From Phoronis australis (lineage: Eukaryota > Animalia > Phoronida): a DNA stretch of 64,000 nt. Positions 15,231-25,945 of the stretch are shown here, piece by piece. How positions within the stretch are numbered: position 1 is the stretch's first letter; every line of letters begins with the position of its first letter. Both the position numbers and the translations under genes were made by a program. The stretch spans positions 1,003,942-1,067,941 of the forward strand of contig NMRA01000019.1 of assembly GCA_002633005.1 (NCBI GenBank), in the 5' to 3' direction. The notes beneath the pieces are model-generated. The model saw only the letters and a list, made by a program, of their open reading frames with translations. It made no database searches and was not told the DNA's origin.

Positions 15231-15356
15231 CAGATTATAACTCGGAGGCGCCGAGAATAACACTGGCGGTGATTGGCTTAAATTGACCACAGAAACCACG
15301 ACCTGTTGTTAAATGAACTATGATTGGATAAAAGTATAATTGGCTTTCTCAAGTGG
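15231..15356 (-). promoter_or_regulatory. Probable proximal promoter of the second NK1 gene
   Basis: On the minus strand: TTATAA at 15235-15240 and three CCAAT boxes (15272-15276, 15323-15327, 15339-15343); NK2/NK4-type site TCAAGTGG at 15349-15356 on the plus strand. Confidence 0.5.
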
Positions 15357-16382
15357 CTATGATGTGTACAGATATATTAGAGAAGAATAAATGTTTTATT
15401 TTGGTTACGAATTTCAATTAAGAAGGTAATAGATCTAACGTGACCGCCCCGACACGGCCCACTTTCTCAATAGAAAAGAAGTAGACGGAGATAAAACACG
15501 GTTCCGGTAGACAGAAAGCATGCGTCGCCATTTGTTGTACCCTATCAACTCCAAAGACGTTTGAGTGTAGCCAACACTGTTCAACCAGTTGTTTTCACAA
15601 GATCACCAACAATAGCTTGACAGAGAATGGCTAATTTTAGTGTGTCGTCTGCTGTTACCATTACAGTGGTTGTATCGTCTATTCAATAGTAAAAGGCGGG
15701 CATGTGATCTTTAAAGTTTGTAGAAACGTTAATGTCCTTGCTTATCCAGTGGTTAGCTTCAAATAATACGGAGTCATCGTGACATACAAGACCTTGCTGA
15801 TAAAATCATAACTAAACAAGTTAGGGTAAATATCACAGGGAAAGAAGATGGAAGCGGATTTGCACTAGATTGGATTGGAATTGGAAGCATTTAAGGGCAG
15901 ATTTTCGGTGCAGTCAATCAGACTCCGGTTTTTAATTTAACAATCATTTCATGTTAAGACAGTTTGTTAGCCATATGCGGTTTGAAGTTGGTTCCCCTCC
16001 TGTCAGATAAATCTTGTGTATCCATTGCATCGTTCAGTTTATGTAAACCGTACAAGCTCTACAATCTAAATGATTCAAAAACAATAAAAAGATGACGTAT
16101 GCGTTAGAGTCAAATGTTCCATGCCCTATCTTTTGACTGGATGATTTTAGATTGCATTTAGTTTGAAGTGTATTTGATTACAAAATCTGTCCGAGTTTAA
16201 CACCCTGTAAGTCCAAAATTGTTTGTCCTGCAGTTATAAAAATGTCTGCTATAAGATGGCATCATCTTTATAGTGAGTGACAGGCTATTTTCGCGTGCGG
16301 GCTCTCACCTAGTAAAATATGGCAACAAAATTCAATGAAGGTTCGGTTTTACATGCATAGCTTACAATTTAGCTTGATAATG

Positions 16383-16451
16383 CATGAGCGGCGCAGCACT
16401 GAAAAAAGTGGGGGGCTATAGCCCCCCACTCCCTATGGTGCACCGCCAATG
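16383..16451. mobile_element. 69-bp mini-MITE, 5-bp TSD TAATG
   Basis: Ends CATGAGCGGCGCAGCA / TGGTGCACCGCCAATG, internal palindrome GTGGGGGGCTATAGCCCCCCAC, TAATG at 16378-16382 and 16452-16456. Confidence 0.7.
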
Positions 16452-18543
16452 TAATGTTGTGTAAATATTTTCGACATCATGGGCTGTTTTAATTCTCATT
16501 GCGTTCGAGATGTTTGTCTTGTTTATTTCTCAGAATAAATCAATGTTTTAATTTTGGACTCGGTCATCTGTATTCAACTAAATCATAATTTAAACCATCC
16601 GAAATAAATGTAATATTCTTTTCGGCAAAATAGTCATTGAATAAATAAAGCTGAATAATTTACGGCAAAGAATTGAAATAGCCAACGCCGCAGAAAATAT
16701 GCATCGCTCTTTTCGATGTTATCGACGGCGAGCACTAAAACAGTCGAATCTGTGATGACTACTACAGTTGTCTTGGCAGTAATATAGGCACAAAATTCAA
16801 TGTCATGACAGAATGTCAGACAAGTGACGGATATTTGTTAGGCTAGCTTTTTTATCAGCAATGACTGCTTTTGATTGGTTCTCGATGACGACTTCCGGCT
16901 TACAGACCAATCAGGTGTCTCAGTCGACCCGGCGCAACCGGCGAAGTGCCGTGTATCAAGTGCAGCGTAAGTGTATTGGCGCGGTTCAATATAGGCCCTT
17001 TTGTAGGCCCGTTCGTGCTAACCTTTTTGCGGATTTCCATGAATATTTCCTTTAATTTTCGCGATTTTTTTATTTAGGTGAACCAAGATATCAATTCCGC
17101 AATTTGTGCGATAAGCTTCGAGATTCCGGAATGACATCTGCAAAATGCTCGCCTGAACCAGTCTTACGAAGCGTGTTTTCTATGAGTAGTTTGTAAAATG
17201 GATATGTTTTGTCAAGCTTTCTCTTCTTATCCGACGCTTTTAAAAATGTCAAACTATGTAGACTATATATTGATTTCATGAATTATAGATCTCAATTGAC
17301 GTTCCGTCAATAAAATAAGTTCGTTTTCCGATACGTGCATTATTAAATTTTGATTCTAACTTTATTTTACGAACACTTGTTATGCTTTGTATATATCGTG
17401 TATTTACTAACAGACAAAAAATAATATACAAAAACACAGATCAAACAAAATAGAAAGCGTATTAAAATGCATACAAAACAAGAAAACTGGCAAAATTATG
17501 GCCGGTATTTGATAATGACTTTACTATAGAGACGTTTGTGTGAGATTGATATCAGAAGAAATATATTACCCTCAATTTATGCAAATGATATTTTGAATGA
17601 AATATCACAAGTGGTGTACCGATCGTGACATTTTTGTGCAAATTGTTACCCTTAAGTGGTATTTGTAAATTTATACAATACTCAAATTAATTATAATCGA
17701 CCCCCAAACCAATGCGCTGTTTTGGCCTCAGATGTTGACATTTTCTCAGCATCAACGTAGTTTGCGTATTGCGTCGCTCAGTTATTATATATCTCTGTGT
17801 GACAGTTTCCCCGACACCTTGGTTTATTCGAGAACGTGTGAAATTTTAGACCCAAAATACGTTCAGAAAACATCCTTGTAATTACTAATCATGCCCGACA
17901 ATGGGTGGTTTATGGAGCGTAAAATTCGGCGACTACTTTAATATCATGCCTCGGTGATTCACTGCGACTGACTGTTGCGTCCAATTATCATAATAAGTCG
18001 GTGAGTATTTGAAATCTGAACCGATCAGGCAACTGACAGAATATCGTGGATGATCTATAAACTGTCCTTCTGTAATAGCGACTTTATCAATTCATGTCCG
18101 ATGGCGCGATGAAGCCCTAAGGATCTAACTCCCAGTGATGCGATTTGGTGTTTATTATCGCTGATTAAGTAGATGAGGGTGCTGAATAGAAAGAAACGAA
18201 TGTCATTAAAATGCGCATTTTCAGAAAACCCCGAGAATCAATAATTTAATTGATACGCTTCGGGCGTATCAAACTAATATCACAGACTAATGAAAGCTTT
18301 ACAAATAAATTTAAACATCTTCACTGTATGTTTTAATAGTGTACCGAAGCTAAGGTATTCAATAGTAATTGATAATGACAGAAACATCATTTATGTTTTC
18401 AATAATACCGCTGCGCGTAGTCCGTTTAAACTTACGCTGCGATTACAAAACAGTCTTGGGTTCAGCTCGGGCATGCAGTGGCGGACAATAAACGAATGAC
18501 GCCAGTTTTCGTGATTCTGGTGTAAATCACAGGCATTGTACAG

Positions 18544-18659
18544 AATGGTTTTACGCGCCCGTACAATGGTTTTACGCGCCTGTACAATGGTTTTACGCGC
18601 CTGTACAATGGTTTTACGCGCCTGTACAATGGTTTTACGCGCCTGTACAATGGTTTTAC
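18544..18659. repeat. Minisatellite, 21-bp unit TGTACAATGGTTTTACGCGCC x~5.5
   Basis: AATGGTTTTA recurs at 18544, 18565, 18586, 18607, 18628, 18649. Confidence 0.97.
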
Positions 18660-19077
18660 ACTGTCAACTCTATCACGAGCTCGTTAGCACTTAACGAAAT
18701 TACTAAAAGGTTTTGGTATAGCACACAAGCAGGTTGAAACGAGTACGGTCTACGCTCCTCACAAAAGAGCGTCCACCGTCAAAAGGTAAATTTGAAGAAG
18801 GCATTTATGTGCTCATACGCTGTAACTATGAATTTGGTGTTTTACGTGAATTATTTAGTTTAGATATAGATTTGTCTTTGTAACAGTACACTTGTTTGAC
18901 AAATACCTATAATTACTCGAATTATGGACGACCAGTTATCCCAACCATCCACAGCAATTCTCTCTTTATTTTGCACAAAATATTTGCCAAAATTTTAATT
19001 TTTTCGTTTTTCAAAGACTGATTACTTTCCTTCAAATGATGGAAAATTTTCCAAAAAAGTTGTTTTACGATATCTGC

Positions 19078-19321
19078 ACTGTGCAAAGCACGCTAGTACA
19101 CTACTGTGCAAACCAGGCTAGTATTACTGTGCAAAGCACGCTAGTAGACTCAGTACTGCGCAAAGCACGCTAGTAGACTGCTATGCAAACCAGACTAGTC
19201 TTACTGTGCAAAGCACGCTAGTAGACTACTGTGCAAAGCACGCTAGTAGACTACTGTGCAAAGCACGCTAGTAGACTACTGTGCAAAGCACGCTAGTAAA
19301 CTACTGTGCAAACTACGCTAG
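19078..19321. repeat. Minisatellite, ~25-bp unit ACTGTGCAAAGCACGCTAGTAGACT x~10 with a 23-bp variant
   Basis: Ten head-to-tail units; units 2 and 5 are the shorter ...GCAAACCAG(G/A)CTAG variant. Confidence 0.95.
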
Positions 19322-20211
19322 CAACAGACTTAGAGTAGTTTAATCTTTATTTTTGTGGAGAAGTTGACATGGTATTTCACTAGTCAGCCCCTATTATCTG
19401 CTGAATGAGTAAAGAATTATTACCGCACTTTTAGTAACGATTTTTCGTCTCAGACAATGCGAGGATGAGCAACTATCAAGAATAACCAGCTCTTTACTTT
19501 ATCCTTTGTTGCAAACAATGGAAACTTTTACCTAATAATGTTTTAAGACAAATACACAGCACAAAACACAATATGCTAAAATGTTACTAATCTTTTCTTT
19601 CCTAGTTAGGAACGTGAGTTCATTGACGATTTGGTTCGTTGCCATCGTTCCGAGTGCGCAACCTTCGGTATTCACTTACTGCGCCTTATTTGGAAACTCT
19701 TTCAGTTCACTTTCGCATTAAAAATGCAGATAAAAATAAAATACCGTTTGTTTCTTCTTTTGTCATTTTGTTATGATGTCGTACGTAAACTATTCAATTA
19801 TTCGGAAGAGCCAACTCTGATACCTAACTATATATATTTTTTACCGTACATCTGACGCAGGTTCCAGAGAGTCTTCTGCAGCGCCATCTTTGGGAAATTA
19901 ACGTCGGAGTCCAACAGGCGCTACGCTACCTATTAGGCTGATAAGTAACTAAGTGCTATCAAACATGCATTGTGGTCCACATTCAGTGGTTACAGTGTTG
20001 AAGTTCTATTGAGCGAAATGCGATTAACAATGTCTAGCAAGACCGTTTTTATTTGCCAAGCTCTATCTCAATATTTGAATAAATAATATCGAATTCATTT
20101 CCATAAATCCGCTGTATTGCTTTGTATTTATTTATTCATACGGTACTTAACATGTAATACACTCGGAGTGGAAAGTCAGTTGCGAGGCTCTAAAAGTGAG
20201 GTCTACATCAT

Positions 20212-21268
20212 CAGAGATACCAACTCAAATGAAAAAAAATAATTACACATGTGACTCATGGTAGCGTGGTTACGACTAAACATAGCTTAAACGTGAATAT
20301 CTTTGTTTATCTTTATTGATATTTTACTGTTAACAGGTGAAGTTAAACATTGTGTCAGAAAAATTCGTGAGTGATCATTGCAGTCCCCTTGGAGCAGTTC
20401 TCAATAAAAACAACTATCGACCGTAGAAACGGCATTAGACCGTGCTATATTCATTGATACTGCCAAAATTAATTTGAAGATTATGTTCAATTTTTATAGC
20501 CTAGACATAAGGCGGCGGGATGTGGTGAATTGAGTAACTGTGGATTCACTATAGCAATCAACTTATGTGTGACTGGGAGTGTTTGTCGACGTCTATTTAT
20601 TAAACCAAAGGTAAGTTTTGTTTAGACACGACTAACAGGTTACATGTGAGACACTACCCTGTCCTCCGTATACTCAGTAACATCCCCATTATAAGCATTT
20701 GTACTAAGATCTACACATAAGTATCTACGCAGTTATGTTCATATATGTTCTTGAATGACTTACAAGACCTGTTCTTGTCTATCGATAATTTGTTCGTTGT
20801 GCCCTCCGTAGTGGAGGAATGATTTCGGTGTTCATCAACCTACTAATTCATTGCACGTACTTACCAAGAACTTCCCTCAAAATCCACACAAATTTCACGT
20901 TTGCTGGCCGGGTCTGTAGTTAACCAGGGTCAAAAATCACCTGTGAGAAAAAGGGATCAAATGTAACTATAAATGCGTTTGTTATGACGTTGGGGCCCGA
21001 TATGCGTGCAAGAGCACTTGCTCATGATTTCGTCATGAGTGACTTTCCACCAGTATTCGTCAGTCATTACCATCTTATGCCCCAGCCCCAGCCACATGTT
21101 CTCAAGGTTATGTAGCACCTCATAAAAAGCCAAATCAGAAATGGCTAAGCAGATTCACATGAGATACTATGCTTTAACCATTGTTCTTAAAACAGAGATA
21201 CCAACTCAAATGAAAAAAAATAATTACACATGTGACTCATGGTAGCGTGGTTACGACTAAACATAGCT
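20212..21268 (+). repeat. Pair of identical 76-bp direct repeats (20212-20287 and 21193-21268)
   Basis: CAGAGATACCAACTCAAATGAAAAAAAATAATTACACATGTGACTCATGGTAGCGTGGTTACGACTAAACATAGCT present twice, 981 bp apart. Confidence 0.95.
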
Positions 21269-23565
21269 GTATGAGAGGGTATCCAAAACAGAACTTTTAC
21301 GATTAAAAAGTTGCATCAAACGAAAACAAAATGATGGTATAGAAAACTGTAACAACGGTTTTGAGATTTCACCTTGAGCATTGATACGTTGCTTTGCTGT
21401 CAATGTACCTTTCTTCTGTTAAAGTTTAATACAAAATAGTCTAATGACGCAATTAATGACAACTTGCTAAAAGATCACCAATCAAATTTGAAAGGCCTTC
21501 TACTTTCATAAAATTCTACTTTAACTGAGTTAAAATCAATAGTTTTGTGGATATTCGGCTGAATGCACAAACTTGTCGATCACGTCCAACATAACTTTAA
21601 TTACAACATGTACACGCCCCATAATTCGTTGATTTTAAGTCACAACAAAATTTGAGAGAGTTCTGTCACCCTGAGGTTTGAAAATACACTTGTTTTTGGA
21701 AGCATGGACGTTGTCTCGATTATTTGACTAAGCAATCAGAAAGAAATGTGCAACATTGAAATACAAGTAATGTTTCAAAATTCCAACCAGGAGCCATTTG
21801 GTCACATGAACGGAATTTCTAATCAAATTTACCAGAAAAATGTTCTGTTATCAGAATTTTATTTAAACGTCAATTAGGTGCATACATTTTGTCATACGGA
21901 CAGGGAATGAACCGAAGTTTCCTTTTATGCCAAATTCAAAGCATAACGAATAGAGTGTCAAAGTAATTTTCAGAAGATTCAAAATGAGGACGACATTTTT
22001 CAGAATCAATTATCACCCAATCGCAAACATGACGTACGAGTTTGCGACAGTATTAGTAACACGGAAAATACAAACTGTCGTAGCGTCCTTGGCAAACAAA
22101 GTATTAGAGATAGGAAATGACAAGTGTACTCATATCTCAGTCAATATTCATATGTGGTATAACTGTCAACGTTGTTTCGAAATAATACTAGTCAGAAGTG
22201 GTACCACTACGATGAGGCGCGCCGCGGCACTGAGTTGAGCAGATGTCCGTAACGTCGTACGTTAAATTCAAAGTCGCTCGGTCCGGTTAGTCACATGTTT
22301 CTCTCCAGTTCACTCACTTATTTCTAATTTTAAACATTCAATACTCTTTAAATTCCAATTTTTATTCGAGTTGAGTTTCAATTCGTTGTCGAGTTACTTG
22401 CGTATACTCAAGCTTTAAATCAGATCTTGCCATACAGCTAACTTGTCTCTACTTGTGTGTTGTCCAGTGGCAATATTAGATGTGATTTAAGCTCTCGTTG
22501 TAAATACTGTTGTTGTTGTATTATGGATTCTGGATTAACATTCTGGCTGTTTCATTTCAAGGGTACGCAGTGTCCCTCCTCATTAAACAAGGGTCCCGGG
22601 CCCTCAGTAGCAGCGGGTTTCATATCATGTAATGACTACATTTCCTTTCTCACGAGCTGTATTTCAATTCCTATATGCACCGCAGATCTTTTCTTACCAA
22701 TATGCTTTTTCTCATAGATCGCGGTTCTTTAGGTCAAGAACGAAACCAGTGACAATGCGGGAAGGGAGTCAATTCACTCACCCTAAAAACTATGCGTCGT
22801 CCGTTCCTCCAGTCGCCACCAAATGCACCAACCCAGTTCTTACCTGCTAGTTCTCATCATACCTGTCGCCATCTATGCTTTGCCAAAAATCACCTCTGAA
22901 GCCTGATGTCACAGCCCCTATGAAGTATACATTTTTATGAATCACAATGCTAAAAATTACCCTTCCACTTGCCATGCAAAGCGTCAATTATTGTGGGGCA
23001 CCACTCTTCTACAACAGGAACGGTTCGCCTCTATTGAGGACACAAACAGCGGAATGAAATAATGTAATACCTATAGTCATGACACCAACAGTTCAAGCAA
23101 ATTTCAATGAAAAAATAAAATGTCTGTTTCCTAAATAGCTGTGAAGCCCATAACACTGCAGTTACATCTGTTTGTTGTTCTCAAGAACAAACCGTGAAGG
23201 TGCGGCGCTAACCAGTAACAGGAACGCTGAGTTGCGAAAATATTTCTCCGGACGAACACTATTTTCACTTACTCAGTGTGTGTACCATCTATCTATGAAC
23301 GATACATTTTGTTTAATTTCGGAATGACCAGTGTTTGGAAATTTCCATTTTCACTTGATAAGTGCAGAATTATCCGACGCCATGTTGTTCGCAGACAGTG
23401 ATTATTGCGTTCTTTTGGCAAAACCACCTCCATTACCGAGGTATGCCTTCTTTATTCTCACGATATTTTTGCTCGCACATTTGAAGTGAATCTCAGAAGA
23501 AGTACAGTGCCATTTGTGTCATCTCAATAACTTTGTTGAAGTTGCTGCATTCTACTATTTCAGAC

Positions 23566-25913
23566 ATGAACAAACTCGAACTAGAGGACGAACGTGAAGA
23601 CAGCAATGACGTCATACTTCTATTTAACACAAAAACCGGCAGTGTCCAAATTAACTATCTCACGGTCGACCCCAGGTACAAGCGCAAAATCTTGCCAAAG
23701 GTAAATCACGTGACCTGGCCAAAACTAAAACACATCGTCGACTATGCGGTGGTGGTGTTTGACAATATTCTTTACGTGCTCGGCGGCCAAGATTTGGAGT
23801 CTGGGAAACAGTTGGCCAGCGTGATGAAGTTTGACCCGACAACCAATAAATGGACGAGTTGTAGCGCAATGAAGAAAGCTAGGAGTAAATTCACAGCCTG
23901 TGTTATGGACAAGCGGATATTTGTCGCAGGTAAACTGACATATCGATTTCCAGGTCAAGGGTTTGTTACGGTTAAGCGCTAACAACTGTACTTCACTTGC
24001 TACTTAAGATTGAAAAACAGTTCCCTTATACAGAACAATTCTTTTAGTTACTGAACCCGGGGTTTGGAGAATATGGCGACTAAAGTTCAAACTGTAACAT
24101 TTTTTTCGTATGTTATACATCAGTAGTATAGAAGTTGTTTAGGCCCCCCCTTTGTTAGGATCGTCGATCAAAGGTCATAAACCAGATATCAAAAGTCACG
24201 TGTGATGGATGCCTTTCAATTAATATAATAGTGTATTATATTTTTCTGGAGAACCCGACTGTTGTAAGAGAATGCAAGGACACGCGGCTGAGTGGAATTT
24301 CGTACCCGGATTAAACATTTTTAATCTTTTCCATGTCTAAAGTACTCAACACTCGTTCGGTTTACTTGAGTTTAGCCGTCCTAGCCGCCAAAGTCGAGGT
24401 CCAGCAACCTCAAGTCTGATTCTTGAAACAAAATCAATTTCTAATTCAAAAATTGGACAAGTACATGTAGGCAATTAGAGCGTGTCGCTTTGGTGATATC
24501 AACTAATGTTACATATTAATGATCAGATCAATAACACTGCATTTTGGTTTTGTTTGTTTTAACGTCCATGTTTTCGATAAACTGTAATTTGCAGGCATAT
24601 TCTCGAGTTCTCCACATTAGTAAGTAGGTTGCTTTTACATTTAGCCCGTGCGCGAAGTTACGCCTAAATTCAAATTTAACGTATTTCATTTATGAGTGGA
24701 TGTTGAGTTATCTGTTAATTCGGATGCTTTTAATTGAGACTAGTTACATTAATTACAAAGTTAAAACTGATCATCGTTTCAGGAGGGGAAGTTTCCGAAG
24801 ACGGAGCGACCACGGATTCGTGTGAAGCATACGAGCCTCTCATCGACATGTGGTCCCCTGAGGGGAAAATGATCACTCCTAGAAAAGACCACGCGTGCAT
24901 TGCATGGGCCGAAAGACTTTACTTGTCAGGAGGGAGCAGAAATATGAAGGATTATTACTGTAACAATTTTTGGTGAGCCTTTTCTTTGCACCGTCTCAAT
25001 TTACACGTGACCATTTCTAGCACTAATTTTGAAAACTTGCTTTTTCGCTTCTATAAATACCGTTTTACAATCGCAATAAACTTTTTCATAATAACCTTTT
25101 CGCAAGTACTTTTTAAACACCACGACCTTATTGGATTTGGTTTGAATAAACGTAATGTAAAATTTGGAACTTTTTATGGATGTAGTATCAAGAACATTGT
25201 GGAATGTTTTCATAGCATCTACAAATCTGCATTTCAACATGTTCTGCTGGCTAAAACACTAAAATTAAACTAGGCATTTTACTCTCATAAAATGCCGGTC
25301 TCATAACATTTCTTGCCGTGATATGATTCTATTTTCTTTACCAACAAGTACATCGAAACCATCAACGTTTCGAAAAAACGCTTCAAACTTCGTTCGGGTT
25401 GGCTAACAATAAAAATAGCGAATTTGAAAATGGCGCATGTACGCATTGCCTGTGACTTGAGTTGATAACGGAAATGGAATTCTATCACAGTAAGGAACGA
25501 CTCTGATATGATGAGAGTGAAAGGCCTATGACGATTTTCATTTTTAGCCAGCTAAACAGGGCGAAATGCGGTATTATCTCTCAGTAAAGTACTGATCGTA
25601 ACGCCGTTTGGTCTTTGCAGGCAAATGAAAAAACATTTTCCGAACCCCATGGTACCGGAATACAAGTATAAATGGTTTCACATGGGACCTAACTCCAAGA
25701 ATTGTCTTTTGCTACCTCGCAAGGTCCGGGAACATTCGATGGTTGTTTGCAACGACACACTTTACCTTATGGGAGGTTGGTAGTGGGCTGCTGAAGCCAA
25801 TGAATTTCAAAATAAAATTATCCCTAAAATTAAGGAACTGATGGCAGCGAGTACATTGCCATTAGTTACGTTACATGTGGGCATGTGTGTGTGAGTGTGT
25901 GTTTGTGTGTGTT

Positions 25914-25945
<32 letters not shown>

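Noticed and set aside
18544-19321. Regularly spaced repeats as a CRISPR-like array; ORF 18462-18650 (YRRVKPL)n
   Set aside because: Units are head-to-tail with no unique spacers, no cas genes, eukaryotic context; the ORF is a by-product of a 21-bp unit.
23382-23440. ATG at 23382 as the kelch start codon
   Set aside because: Spliced to 23564 it is out of frame and stops after ~30 codons; at most a uORF.
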